From NCBI RefSeq assembly GCF_009914755.1, contig NC_060933.1: a stretch of 64,000 nt of DNA. One strand, given 5' to 3'. The translations under genes and the position numbers were made by a program. The stretch comes from the human T2T-CHM13v2.0 reference genome, Homo sapiens. Below are positions 15,021-30,718 of this stretch, piece by piece; position 1 is the stretch's first letter; each line of letters begins with the position of its first letter. A model generated the notes under the pieces. That model searched no databases, was not told the origin of the DNA, and saw only the letters and a program-made list of their open reading frames with translations.

Positions 15021-15260
15021 TTCCATTCTATTCGGGTTAATTCCATTCCATTCCATTCGATTGCAATCGAGTTGATTCCATTCCATTCCATTCCATTCCA
15101 TTCCATTCCATTCCATTCCGTTCCGTTCCGTTCCATTCCATTCCATTCTATTCGGGTTAATTCCATTCCATTCCATTCGATTGCAATCGAGTTGATTCCA
15201 TTCCATTCCATTCCATTCCATTCCATTCCATTCCATTCCGTTCCGTTCCGTTCCGTTCCA
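15021..15260 (+). repeat. 120-bp tandem duplication
   Basis: The 60-bp lines starting at 15061 and 15181 are identical, and CTATTCGGGTTAATT recurs at 15028 and 15148. Confidence 0.85.
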
Positions 15261-18200
15261 TTCCATTCCATTCTATTCGGTTTAATTCCATTGCATTCCA
15301 TTCCATTCCATTCCATTCCATTCCAATCGAGTTGATTCCATTCCATTCCATTCCATTCCATTCCACTCCATTCCAGTCCTTTCCATTCCATTCCACTCGG
15401 GTTGATTCCATTCTATTCCTTTCCATTCCATTCCATTCCATTGCAATCGAGTTGATTCCATTGCTTTGCATTCCATTCCATTCCATTCCATTCCGGATGA
15501 TTCCATTCCATTGCATTCCATTCCATTCCATTCCCCTGCACTCGGGTTGATTTCATTCCATTCCACTCCATTCCATTCCATTCCATTCCATTCCATTCCA
15601 TTCCTTTTCGTTCCATTCCATTCTGTTCCGTACATTCCATTCCATTCCATTCCATTCCATTCCATTCCATTCCACTCGTGTTGATTCCATTCCTTTCCAT
15701 TCCATTCGGTTTGAAGGCATTCCATTCCATTCAATTCCATTCCATTTCATTCCATTCCATTCCATTCCATTCCATTCCATTCCATTCCATTCCATTCCAT
15801 TGTACTCGGGTTGATTCCATTCCATATCTTTCCATTCCATTCCATTCCATTCCATTCCATTCCGTTGCTTTCCATTCCATTACATTCGGATTGATTCTAT
15901 TCAACTCCCTTACTCTCCATTACATTCCATTCCATTCGGGTTGTTCCATTCCATTCCATTCCATTCCACTCCATTCCATTGTACTCGGGTTGATTCCATT
16001 CCATTCCATTCCATTCCATTCCATTCCGGATGATTCCATTCCATTGCATTCCGTTCCATTACATTCCCCTGCACTCGCGTTGATTCCATTCCATTCCATT
16101 CCATTCCATTCAATTCCATTCCATTACAATTCGTTCCATTCCATTCTATTCCGTACCATTCCATTCCATTCCATACCATTCCATTCCATTCCATTCCATT
16201 GCATTCCATTCCGTTCCGTTCCATTCCGTTCCATTCCATTCCATTCCATTCTGCTCGGGTTAATTCCATTCCATTCCATTCCATTCCATTCCATTCCATT
16301 CCATTCCATTCTATTCCATTCCATTGCAATCGAGTTGAATCCATTGCATTTCATTCCATTCCATTCCATTCCATTCCATTGCATTCCATTCCATTCCATT
16401 CCTCTGCACTCGCGTTGATTCCATTCCATTCCATTCCATTCCATTCCATTCTGTTCCGTTCCGTTCCGTTCCGTTCCGTTCCATTCCATTCCATTCCATT
16501 CTATTCCATTCCGTTCCGTTCCATTCCATTCCATTCCATTCCATTCTATTCGGGTTAATTCCATTCCATTCCATTCGATTGCAATCGAGTTGATTCCATT
16601 CCATTCCATTCCATTCCATTCCATTCCATTCCATTCCTTTCCATTACATTACGGATGATTGCATTCCATTTCATTCCATTCCATTCCATTCCCCTGTACT
16701 CGGGTTGATTCCATTCCATTCCATTCCAATCCATGGCATTCCACTCGTGTTGACTCCATTCTTTCCATTCCATTCAAGATGAATCCATTCCATTTTATTC
16801 CATTCCATTCGATTCCATTCGTTTGCACTCGTGTTGATTCCATGGCATTGCATTCCATTCCATTCCATTCCATTCCATTCCTTTCCTTTCCATTCCATTC
16901 CATTCCATTCGGATTCATTCTATTCAATTCCCTTACACTCCATTACATTACATTCCAGTCGGGTTGTTCCATTCCATTCCATTCGATTCCACTCCATTCC
17001 ATTGCACTCGGGTTGATTCCATTCCATTCCATTCCATTCCATTCCGGATGATTCCATTCCATTGCATTCCGTTCCAATCCATTCCCCTGCACTCGCGCTG
17101 ATTCCATTCCATTCCATTCCATTCCATTACAATTCGTTCTATTCCATTCTATTCCGTACCATTCCATTCAATTCCATACCATTCCATTCCATTAAATTCC
17201 ATTCCATTCCATTCAGTTCCATTGCATTCCATTCCATTCCATTCCATTCTATTCGGGTTAATTCCATTCCATTCCATTCCATTCCATTCTATTCCATTCC
17301 ATTGCAATCGAGTTGAATCCATTGCATTTCATTCCATTCCATTCCATTGCATTCCGGAAGATTCCATTCCATTGCATTCCATTCCATTCCATTCCCCTGC
17401 ACTCGCGTTGATTCCATTCCATTCCATTCCATTCCGTTCCGTTCCGTACCATTCCATTCCATTCCATTCCGTTCCGTTCCATTCCATTCCATTCCATTCT
17501 ATTCGGGTTAATTCCATTCCATTCCATTCGATTGCAATCGAGTTGATTCCATTCCATTCCATTCCATTCCATTCCATTCCATTCCTTTCCATTCCATTAT
17601 GGATGATTCCATTCCATTGCATTCCATTCCATTCCATTCCCCTGTACTCGGGTTGATTCCATTCCATTCCATTCAAATCCATGCCATTCCACTCGGGTTG
17701 ATTCCATTCTTTCCATTCCATTCAAGTTGAATCCATTCCATTGCATTCCATTCCTTTGGATTCCATTGGATTGCACTCGGGTTGATTCCATTCCATTGCA
17801 TTCCATTCCATTCCATTCCATTCCATTCCATTCCATTCCGTTCCATTCCATTACATTCGGATTGAATCTATTCAATTCCCTTACACTGCATTCCATTCCA
17901 TTCCATTCGGGTAGTTTCCATTCCATTCCATTCCATTCCTCTCCATTCCATTGCACTCGGGTTGATTCCATTCCATTGCATTCCATTCCATTCCATTCAA
18001 TTCCATTCCGTTCCATTACATTCCATTACATTCGGATTGATTCTATTCAACTCCCTTACTCTCCATTACATTCCACTCCATTCGGGTTGTTCCATTCCAT
18101 TCCACTCCATTCCATTGCACTCGGGTTGATTCCATTCCATTCCATTCCATTCCATTCCATTCCATTCCATTCCATTCCGGAAGATTCCATTCCATTGCAT

Positions 18201-21200
18201 TCCATTACATTCCATTCCCCTGCACTCGCGTTGATTCCATTTCATTCCACTCCTTTCCATTCCATTCCATTCCTTTCGGTTCCATTCCATTCCATTCCAA
18301 TCCATTCCATTCCATTCAATTTCGTTCCGTTCCATTCCATTCCTTTCCATTACATTCGGTTTAATTCCATTCCATTCCATTCGATTTCAATCGAGTTGAT
18401 TCCATTCCATTCCATTCCATTCCATTCCATTCCTTTCTATTCCATTACGGATGATTCCATTCCATTGCATTCCATTCCATTCCATTCCCCTGTACTCGGA
18501 TTGATTCCATTCCCTTCCATTCCAATCCATGCCATTCCACTCGTGTTGATTCCATTCTTTCCATTCCATTCAAGTTGAATCCATTCCATTGCATTCCATT
18601 CCATTCCATTCCCCTGCAGTCGGGTTGATTCCATTCCATTCCATTCCATTCCATTCCATTCCATTCCGTTCCGTTCCATTCCATTCCATTCCATTCTATT
18701 CGGGTTAATTCCATTCCATTCCATTCCATTCCATTCCATTCAGTTCCATTCCATTCCATTCCATTCCATTCCATTCCATTCTATTCGGGTTAATTCCATT
18801 CCATTCCATTCCATTCCATTCCATTCCATTCCATTCTATTCCATTCCATTGCAATCGAGTTGAATCTATTGCATTTCATTCCATTCCATTCCATTCCATT
18901 CCATTCCGGAAGATTCCATTCCATTGCATTCCATTCCATTCCATTCCCCTGCACTCGCGTTGATTCCATTCCATTCCATTCCATTCCATTCCATTCCGTT
19001 CCGTTCTGTTCCATTCCATTCCATTCCATTCCATTCCGTTCCGTTCCATTCCATTCCATTCCATTCTATTCGGGTTAATTCCATTCCATTCCATTCGATT
19101 GCAATCGAGTTGATTCCATTCCATTCCATTCCATTCCATTCCATTCCATTCCATTCCATTCCTTTCCATTCCATTACGGATGATTCCATTCCATTGCATT
19201 CCATTCCATTCCATTCCCCTGTACTCGGGTTAATTCCATTCCATTCCATTCCAATCCATGCCTTTCCAATCGTGTTGATTCCATTCTTTCCATTCCATTC
19301 AAGTTGAATCCATTCCATTGCATTCCATTCCATTCCATTCCCCTGCAGTCGGGATGATTCCATTCCATTCCATTTCATTCCATTCCATTCCATTCCATTC
19401 CGTTCCATTCCATTCCATTCCATTCTATTCGGGTTAATTCCATTCCATTCCATTCCATTCCATTCCATTCCATTCCATTCCAATCGAGTTGATTCCATTC
19501 CATTCCCTTCCATTCCATTCCATTCCACTCCATTCCAGTCCTTTCCATTCCATTCCACTTGGGTTGATTCCATTCCATTGCATTCCATTCCATTCCATTC
19601 CATTCCATTCCGGATGATTCCATTCCATTGCATTCCATTCCATTCCATTCCCCTGCACTCGGGTTGATTACATTCCATTCCCTTCCCTTCCATTCCTTTC
19701 CATTCCATTCCATTCCATTCTATTCGGGTGAATTCCATTCCATTCCATTCCATTCCATTCCATTCCATTCCATTCCTTTCCATTACAATCGAGTTGATTC
19801 CATTCCATTCCATTCCATTCCGTTCCGGATGATTCCATTCCATTGCATTCCATTCCATTCCATTCCCCTGCAGTCGGGTTGATTCCTTTCCATTCCATTC
19901 CATTCCATTCCATTCTATTCCATTCCGTTCCATTGCATTCCATTCCATTCTATTCGGGTTAATTCCATTGCATTCCATTCCATTCCATTCCAATCGAGTT
20001 AATTCCATTCCATTCCTTTCCATTCCACTCCATTCCATTCCATTCCATTCCGGATGATTCCATTCCATTGCATTCCATTCCATTCCATTCCCCTGCACTC
20101 GTGTTGATTCCATTCCCTTCCATTCCATTCCATTCCGTTCCATTCCATGGCATTCCATTCTATTCCGGTTAATTCCATTCCATTCCATTCCATTCCATTC
20201 CATTCCATTGCATTCCGGAAGATTCCATTCCATTGCATTCCATTCCATTCCATTCCCTTGCACTCGCGTTGATTCCATTCCATTCCATTCCATTCCGTTC
20301 CGTTCCGTACCATTCCATTCCATTCCATTCCGTTCCGTTCCATTCCATTCCATTCCATTCTATTCGGGTTAATTCCATTCCATTCCATTCGATTGCAATC
20401 GAGTTGATTCCATTCCATTCCATTCCATTCCATTCCATTCCATTCCATTCCATTACGGATGATTCCATTCCATTGCATTACATTCCATTCCATTCCCCTG
20501 TACTCGGGTTGATTCCATTCCATTCCATTCCATTCCATTCTATTCCATTCCATTCCATTCCATTCCGGAAGATTCCATTCCATTGCATTCCATTCCATTC
20601 CATTCCCCTGCACTCGCGTTGATTCCATTCCATTCCATTCCATTCAATTCCATTCCATTCCATTGCATTCCGATCCGTTCCGTTCCATTCCATTCCATTC
20701 CATTCCATTCCGTTCCATTCCATTCCATTCCATTCCATTCCATTCTATTCGGGTTAATTCCATTCCATTCCATTCAATTGCAATCGAGTTGATTCCATTC
20801 CATTCCATTCCATTCCATTCCATTCCATTCCATTCTATTCCATTCCATTGCAATCGAGTTGAATCTATTGCATTTCATTCCATTCCATTCCATTCCATTC
20901 CATTCCGGAAGTTTCCATTCCATTGCATTCCATTCCATTCCATTCCCCTGCACTCGCGTTGATTCCATTCCATTCCATTCCATTCCATTCCGTTCCGTTC
21001 CATTCCATTCCATTCCATTCCGTTCCATTCCATTCCATTCCATTCTATTCGGGTTAATTCCATTCCATTCCATTTGATTGCAATCGAGTTGATTCCATTC
21101 CATTCCATTCCATTCCATTCCATTCCATTCCATTCCTTTCCATTCCATTACGGATGATTCCATTCCATTGCATTCCATTCCATTCCATTCCCCTGTACTC

Positions 21201-21784
21201 GGGTTGATTCCATTCCATTCCATTCCAATCCATGCCATTCCACTCGTGTTGATTCCATTCTTTCCATTCCATTCAAGTTGAATCCATTCCATTGCATTCC
21301 ATTCAATTTGATTCCATTCGATTGCACTCGGGTTGATTCCATTCCATTGCATTCCATTCCATTCCATTCCATTCCATTCCATTCCATTCCGTTCCATTCC
21401 ATTCCATTACATTCGGATTGATTCTATTCAATTCCCTTACACTGCATTACATTCCATTCCATTCGGGTAGTTTCCATTCCATTCCATTCCATTCCCCTCC
21501 ATTCCATTGCACTCGGGTTGATTCCATTCCATTGCATTCCATTCCATTCCATTCAATTCCATTCCGTTCCATTCAATTCCATTACATTCGGATTGATTCT
21601 ATTCAACTCCCTTACTCTCCATTCCATTCCATTCCATTCGGGTTGTTCCATTCCATTCCATTCCATTCCACTCCATTCCATTGCACTCGGGTTGATTCCA
21701 TTTCATTCCATTCCATTCCATTCCATTCCATTCCATTCCATTCCATTCCATTACAATCGAGTTGATTCCATTCCATTCCATTCC

Positions 21785-23070
21785 ATTCCAGTCCTTTCCA
21801 TTCCATTCCACTCGGGTTGATTCCATTCTATTAGTTTCCATTCCATTCCATTCCCTTCCATTCCACTCTGGTTGATTCCGTTCCTTTCCATTCCACTCGA
21901 ATACATTCCCTCCTATTCCACTTGGAACGATTCCATTCCATTCCATTCCATTCCATTCCATTCCATTCCATTTCGTTCCATTCCATTGTATTCCGTATGT
22001 TTCCATTCCATTCCATTCCATTCCATTCCATTCCATTCCATTCCATTCCATTGTACTCGGGTTGATTCCATTCCATTGCATTCCATTCCATTCCATTCCA
22101 TTCCATTCCATTCCGTTCCATTCCATTACATTCTGATTGATTCTTTTCAACTCCCTTACTCTCCATTACATTCCATTCCATTCGGATTGTTCCATTCCAT
22201 TCCATTCCATTCCACTCCATTCCATTGCACTCGGGTTGATTCCATTCCATTCCATTGCATTCCTTTCCGGATGATTCCATTCCATTGCATTCTGTTCCAT
22301 TACATTCCCCTGCAATCGGGTTGATTCCATTCCATTCCATTCCATTCCATTCGATTCCATTCCATTCCCCTGCACTCGCGGTGATTCCATTCCATTCCAT
22401 TGCATTCCATTCCATTCCATTCCATTCCTTTCCATTCCAGTCCTTTCCATTCCATTCCACTCAGGTTGATTCCATTCTATTAGTTTCCATTCCATTCCAT
22501 TCCCTTCCATTCCACTCTGGTTGATTCCATTCCTTTCCATTCCACTCGAATACATTCCCTCCTATTCCACTCGGAACGATTCCATTCCATTCCATTCCAT
22601 TCCATTCCATTCCATTCCATTCTATTCCATTCCATTCCATTCCATTCCATTTCGTTCCATTCCATTCTATTCCGTATCATTCCATTCCATTCCATTCCAT
22701 TCCATTCCACTCGTGTTGATTTCATTCCTTTCCATTCCATTCGGTTTGAAGGCATTCCATTCCATTCCATTCCATTCCATTCCATTCCAGTCCATTCCAT
22801 TCCATTGTACTCGGGTTGATTCCATTCCATTGCATTCCATTCCATTCCATTCCATTCCATTCCGTTGCATTCCATTCCATTACATTCGGATTGATTCTAT
22901 TCAACTCCCTTACTCTCCATTACATTCCATTCCATTCGTGTTGTTCCATTCCATTCCATTCCATTCCACTCCATTCCATTGCACTCGGATTGATTCCATT
23001 CCATTCCATTCCATTCCATTCCATTCCGGATGATTCCATTCCATTGCATTCCGTTCCATTACATTCCCCT
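21785..23070 (+). repeat. Diverged local duplication with ~650 bp period
   Basis: The CTATTAGTTTCC...ACTCTGGTTG...CCACTCGAATACATTCCCTCC cassette occurs at ~21893 and ~22542 (offset 649), followed by the same word order. Confidence 0.75.
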
Positions 23071-26000
23071 GCACTCGGGTTGATTCCATTCCATTCCATT
23101 CCTTTCCATTCGATTCCATTCCATTCCAATTCTTTCCATTCCATTCTATTCCGTACCATTCCATTCCATTCCATACAATTCCATTCCATTCCATTCCACT
23201 CCGTTCCATTCCGTTCCGTTCCGTTCCGTTCCATTCCATTCCATTCCATTCTATTCGGTTTAATTCCATTCCATTCCATTCCATTCCATTACATTCTATT
23301 CCATTCCATTGCAATCGAGTTGAATCCATTGCATTCCATTCCATTCCATTGCATTCCATTCCGGAAGATTCCATTCCATTGCATTCCATTCCTTTCCATT
23401 CCATTCCATTCCATTCCATTCCATTCCATTCCATTGTACTCGGGTTGATTCCATTCCATTGCATTCCATTCCATTCCATTCCATTCCATTCCATTCCATT
23501 CCGTTCCATTCCATTCCATTACATTCGGATTGATTCTTTTCAACTCCCTTACTCTCCATTACTTTCCATTCCATTCGGGTTGTTCCATTCCATTCCATTC
23601 CATTCCACTCCATTCCATTGCACTCGGGTTGATTCCACTCCATTCCATTCCATTCCATTCCGGATGATTCCATTCCATTGCATTCCGTTCCATTCCATTC
23701 CCCTGCACTCGGGTTGATTCCATTCCATTCCATTCCATTCCATTCCATTCCATTCCATTCCATTCCATTCCATTCCTTTCCATTCCATTCTAATCCATTC
23801 CATTGCAATCGAGTTGAATCCATTGCATTTCATTCCATTCCATTCCATTCCATTCCATTCCAGAAGATTCCATTCCATTGCATTCCATTCCATTCCATTC
23901 CCCTGCACTCAGGTTGATTCCGTTCCATTCCATTCCTTTCCATTCCGTTCCGTTCCGTTCCATTCCATTCCATTCCATTCCGTTCCGTTCCATTCCATTC
24001 CATTCCATTCTATTCGGGTTAATTCCATTCCATTCAATTCGATTGCAATCGAGTTGATTCCATTCCATTCCATTCCATTCCATTCCATTCCTTTCCATTC
24101 CATTACGGATGATTCCATTCCATTGCATTCCATTCCATGCCATTCCCCTGTACTCGGGTTGATTCCATTCCATTCCATTCCAATGCATGCCATTCCACTG
24201 GTGTTGATTCCATTCTTTCCATTCCATTCAAGTTGATTCCATTCCATTGCATTCCATTCCATTCGATTCCATTCGATTGCACTCGGGTTGATTCCATTCC
24301 ATTGCATTCCATTCCATTCCATTCCATTCCATTCCATTCCGTTCCATTCCATTCCATTACATTCGGATTGATTCTATTCAATTCCCTTACACTCCATTAC
24401 ATTCCATTCCATTCGGGTAGTTTCCATTCCATTCCATTCCATTCCTCTCCATTCCACTGCACTCGGGTTGATTCCATTCCATTGCATTCCATTCCATTCC
24501 ATTCAATTCCATTCCTTTCCATTCCATTCCATTCCATTCGGATTGATTCTATTCAACTCCCTTACTCTCCGTTACATTCCATTGCATTCGGGTTGTACCA
24601 TTCCATTCCATTCCATTCCACTCCATTCCATTGCACTCGGGTTGATTCCATTCCATTCCATTCCATTCCATTCCATTCCATTCCATTCCGGAAGATTCCA
24701 TTCCATTGCATTCCATTCCATTCCATTCACCTGCACTCGCGTTGATTCCATTCCATGCCATTCTATTCCATTCCATTCCCTTCCTTTCCGTTCCATTCCA
24801 TTCCATTCCATTCCATTCCATTCCGTTCCGTTCCATTCCATTCCATTCCATTCTATTCGGGTTAATTCCATTCCATTCCATTCGATTGCAATCGAGTTGA
24901 TTCCATTCCATTCGATTCCATTCCAATCCATTCCATTACTTTCCATTCCATTACGGATGATTCCATTCCATTGCATTCCATTCCATTCCATTCCCCTATA
25001 CTCGGGTTGATTCCATTCCATTCCATTCCAATCCAGGCCATTCCACTCGTGTTGATTCCCTTCTTTCCATTCCATTCAAGTTGAATCCATTCCATTGCAT
25101 TCCATTCCATTCGATTCCATTCGATTGCACTCGGGTTGATTCCATTCCATTGCATTCCATGCCATTCCATTACATTCCATTCCATTCCGTTCCATTCCAT
25201 TTCATTACATTCAGATTGATTCTATTTAATTCCCTTACACTCCATTATATTCCAATCCATTCTGGTTGTCTCCATTCCATTCCATTCCCTTTCACTCCAT
25301 TCCATTGCACTCGGGTTGATTCCATTCCATTCCATTCCATTGCATTGCATTCCATTCCATTCCGGATGATTCCATTCCATTGCATTCCATTCCATTCCAT
25401 TCCCCTGCACTCGGGTTGATTCCATTCCATTCCGTTCCATTACATTCCGTTCCATTCCATTCCATTCCATTCGGATTGATTCTATTCAATTCCCTTACAC
25501 TCCATTACATTCCATTCCATTCGGGTAGTTTCCATTCCATTGCATTCCATTCCTCTCCATTCCATTGCACTCGGGTTGATTTCATTCCATTCCATTCCAT
25601 TCCATTCCATTCCATTCCATTCCATTCCATTCCATTCCGTTCCATTGTACTCGGGTTGATTCCATTCCATTGCATTCCATTCCATTCCATTCCATTCCAT
25701 TCCAATCCATTCCATTCCATTCCGTTCCATTCCATTACATTCGGATTGATTCTATTCAACTCCCTTACTCTCCATTACATTCCATTCCATTCGGGTTGTT
25801 CCATTCCATTCCATTCCATTCCACTCCATTCCATTGCGCTCGGGTTGATTCAATTCCATTCCATTCCATTCCATTCCATTCCATTCCATTCCGGATGATT
25901 CCATTCCATTCCATTCCATTCGATACCATTCCATTCCAATTCTTTCCATTCCATTCTATTCCGTACCATTCCATTCCATTCCATACAATTGCATTCCATT

Positions 26001-29000
26001 CCATTCCACAACGTTCCGTTCCGTTCCGTTCTTTTCCGTTCCATTCCATTCCATTGCATTCTATTCGGTTTAATTCCATTCCATTCCATTCCATTCCATT
26101 CCATTCCATTCTATTCCATTCCATTGCAATACAGTTGAATCCATTGCATTCCATTCCATTCCATTCCATTCCATTCCATTCCGGAAGATTCCATTCCATT
26201 GCATTCCATTCCATTCCATTGTACTCGGGTTGATTCCATTCCATTGCATTCCATTCCATTCCATTCCATTCCATTCCGTTCCATTCCATTCCATTCCATT
26301 CGGATTGATTCTTTTCAACTCCCTTACTCTCCATTACATTCCATTCCATTCGGGTTGTTCCATTCCATTCCATTCCATTCCACTCCATTCCATTGCACTC
26401 GGGTTGATTCCATTCCATTCCATTCCATTCCATTCCATTCCATTCCGGATGATTCCATTCCATTGCATTCCGTTCCATTACATTCTCCTGCACTCGGCTT
26501 GATTCCATTCCATTCCTTTCCATTCCATTCGATTCCATTCCATTCCCCGGCACTCGCGTTGATTCCATTCCATTCCATTCCATTCCATTCCATTCCATTC
26601 CATTCCTTTCCGTTCCATTCCATTCCATTCCATTCCGTTCCGTTCCATTCCATTCCATTCCATTCTATTCGGGTTAATTCCATTCCATTCCATTCGGTTG
26701 CAATCGAGTTGATTCCATTCCATTCCATTCCATTCCATTCCATTCCATTCCATTCCAGTCCTTTCCATTCCTTTCCATTCCATTACTGATGATTCCATTC
26801 CATTGCATTCCATTCCATTCCATTCCCCTGTACTCGGGTTGATTCCATTCCATTCCATTCCATTCCAATCCATGCCATTCCACTCGTGTTGATTCCATTC
26901 TTTCCTTTCCATTCAAGTTGAATGCATTCCATTGCATTCCATGGCATTCGATTCCATTCGATTGCACTCGGGTTGATTCCATTCCATTGCATTCCATTCC
27001 ATTCCATTCCATTCCATTCCGTTCCATTCCATTTCATTACATTCAGATTGATTCTATTCAATTCCCTTACACTCCATTATATTCCAATCCATTCTGGTTG
27101 TTTCCATTCCATTCCATTCCATTTCACTCCATTCCATTGCACTCGGGTTGATTCCATTCCATTCCATTCCATTGCATTCCATTCCATTCCATTCCGGATG
27201 ATTCCATTCCATTGCATTCCATTCCATTCCATTCCCCTGCACTCGGGTTGATTCCATTCCATTCCATTCCATTCCATTCCGTTCCATTCCATTCCATTAC
27301 ATTCGGATTGATTCTATTCAACTCCCTTACTCTCCATTACATTCCATTCCATTCGGGTTGTTCCATTCCATTCCATTCCATTCCACTCCATTCCATTGCA
27401 CTCGGATTGATTCCATTCCATTCCATTCCATTCCATTCCATTCCATTCCGGATGATTCCATTCCATTGCATTCCGTTCCATTACATTCCCCTGCACTCGG
27501 GTTGATTCCATTCCATTCCATTCCTTTCCATTCGATTCCATTCCATTTCAATTCTTTCCATTCCATTCTATTCCGTACCATTCCATTCCATTCCATACAA
27601 TTCCATTCCATTCCATTCCACTCCGTTCCATTCCGTTCCGTTCCGTTCCATTCCATTCCATTCCATTCTATTCGGTTTAATTCCATTCCATTCCATTCCA
27701 TTCCATTCTATTCCATTCCATTCCATTCCATTCCATTCCCCTGCACTCGGGTTGATTCCATTCCATTCCATTCCATTCCATTCCGTTCCATTCCATTCCA
27801 TTCCATTCGGATTGATTCTATTCAATTCCCTTACACTCCATTACATTCCATTCCATTCGGGTAGTTTCCATTCCATTCCATTCCATTCCTCTCTATTCCA
27901 TTGCACTCGGGTTGATTCCATTCCATTCCATTCCATTCAATTCCATTCCATTCCATTCCATTCCATTCCATTCCGTTACATTCCATTCCATTCCGTTCCA
28001 TTGTACTCGGGTTGATTCCATTCCATAGCATTCCATTCCATTCCATTCCGTTCCATTCCATTACATTCGGATTGATTCTATTCAACTCCCTTACTCTCCA
28101 TTACATTCCATTGCATTCGGGTTGTTCCATTCCATTCCATTCCATTCCACTCCATTCCCTTGCACTCGGGTTGATTCCATTCCATTCCATTCCATTCCAT
28201 TCCATTCCGGATGATTCCATTCCATTGCATTCCGTTCCATTACATTCCCCTGCACTCGGGTTGATTCCATTCCATTCCATTCCCTTCCATTCGATTCCAT
28301 TCCATTCCAATTCTTTCCGTTCCATTCTATTCCGTACCATGCCATTCCATTCCATACAATTCCATTCCATTCCCTTCCACTCCGTTCCGTTCCGTTCCGT
28401 TCTGTTCCGTTCCATTCCATTCTATTCGGGTTAATTCCATTCCATTCCATTCGATTGCAATCGAGTTGATTCCATTCCATTCCATTCCATTCCATTCCAT
28501 TCCATTCCTTTCCATTCCATTACGGATGATTCCATTCCATTGCATTCCATTCCATTCCATTCCCCTGTACTCGGGTTGATTCCATTCCATTCCATTCCAA
28601 TCCATGCCATTCCACTCGTGTTGATTCCATTCTTCCCATTCCATTCAAGTTGAATCCATTCCATTGCATTCCAATCCATTCCATTCCCCTGCAGTCGGGT
28701 TTATTTCATTCCATTCCATTCCATTCCATTCCATTCCATTCCATTCCATTCCATTGCGTTCCGTTCCATTCCATTCCATTCCATTCTATTCGGGTTAATT
28801 CCATTCCATTCCATTACAATCGAGTTGATTCCATTCCATTCCATTCCATTCCAGTCCTTTCCATACCATTCCTCTCGTGTTGATTCCATTCTATTAGTTT
28901 CCATTCCATTCCATTCCCTTTCATTCCACTCTGGTTGATTCCATTCCTTTCCATTCCACTCGAATACATTCCCTCCTATTCCACTCGGAACGATTCCATT

Positions 29001-30683
29001 CCATTCCATTCCATTCCATTCCATTCCATTCCATTCCATTCCATTCCATTTCGTTCCATTCCATTCTATTCCGTATCATTCCATTCCATTCCATTCCATT
29101 CCATTCCATTCCATTCCATTCCATTCCATTGTACTCGGGTTGATTCAATTCCATTGCATTCAATTCCATTCCATTCCATTCCATTCCATTCCGTTGCATT
29201 CCATTCCATTACATTCGGATTGATTCTATTCAACTCCTTTACTCTCCATTACATTCCATTCCATTCGGGTTGTTCCATTCCATTCCATTCCATTCCACTC
29301 CATTCCATTGCACTCGGGTTGAATCCACTCCATTCCATTCCAATCCATTCCATTCCGGATGATTCCATTCCATTGCATTCCGTTCCATTACATTTCCCTG
29401 CACTCGCATTGATTCCATTCCATTCCATTCCATTCCATTCAATTCCATTCCATTACAATTAGTTCCATTCCATTCTATTCCGTACCATTCCATTCCATTC
29501 CATACCATTCCATTCTATTCCATTCCATTCCATTCCGTTCCATTCCGTTCCATTCCATTCCATTCCATTTTATTCGAATTAATTCCATTCCATTCCATTC
29601 CATTCCATTCTATTCCATTCCATTGCAATCGAGTTGAATCCATTGCATTTCATTCCATTCCATCCCATTCCATTGCATTCCGGAAGATTCCATTCCTTTG
29701 CATTCCATTCCATTCCATTCCCCTGCACTCGCGTTGATTCCATTCCATTCCATTCCATTCCATTCCATTCCATTCCATTCCGTTCCGTTCCATTCCATTC
29801 CATTCCATTCCATTCCATTCCATTCCTTTCCGTTCCGTTCCATTCCATTCCATTCTATTCGTGTTAATTCCATTCCATTCCATTCGATTGCAATCGAGTT
29901 GATTCCATTCCATTCCATTCCATTCCATTCCATTCCATTCCATTCCTTTCCATTCCATTACCGATGATTCCATTCCATTGCACTCCATTCCATTCCATTC
30001 CCCTGTACTCGTGTTGATTCCATTCCATTCCATTCCAATCCATGCCATTCCACTCGTGTTGATTCCATTCTTTCCATTCCATTCAAGTTGAATCCATTCC
30101 ATTGCATTCCATTCCATTCGATTCCATTCGATTGCACTCGGGTTGATTCCATTCCATTGCATTCCATTCCATTCCATTCCATTCCGTTCCATTCCATTCC
30201 ATTACATTCGGATTGATTCTATTCAATTCCCTTACACTCCATTACATTCCATTCCATTTGGGTAGTTTCCATTCCATTCCATTCCATTCCTCTCCATTCC
30301 ATTGCACTCGGGTTGATTCCATTCCATTGCTTTCCATTCCATTCCATTCAATTCCATTCCGTTCCATTCCGTTCCATTACATTCGGATTGATTCTATTCA
30401 ACTCCCTTACTCTCCATTACATTCCATTCCATTCGAGTTGTTCCATTCCATTCCATTCCATTCCACTCCATTCCATAGCACTCGGGTTCATTCCATTCCA
30501 TTCCATTCCATTCCATTCCATTCCATTCCATTCCGGAAGATTCCATTCCATTGCATTCCATTCCAATCCATTCCCCTGCACTTGGGTTGATTCCATTCCT
30601 TTCCATTCTATTCCATTCCATTCCCTTCCTTTCCGTTCCACTCCATTCCATTCCATTCCATTCCATTCCATTCCATTCCATTC

Positions 30684-30718
30684 CGTTCCGTTCCGTTCCG
30701 TTCCGTTCCGTTCCGTTC
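30684..30718 (+). repeat. (CGTTC)7 variant-pentamer run
   Basis: Seven consecutive CGTTC units. Confidence 0.9.
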
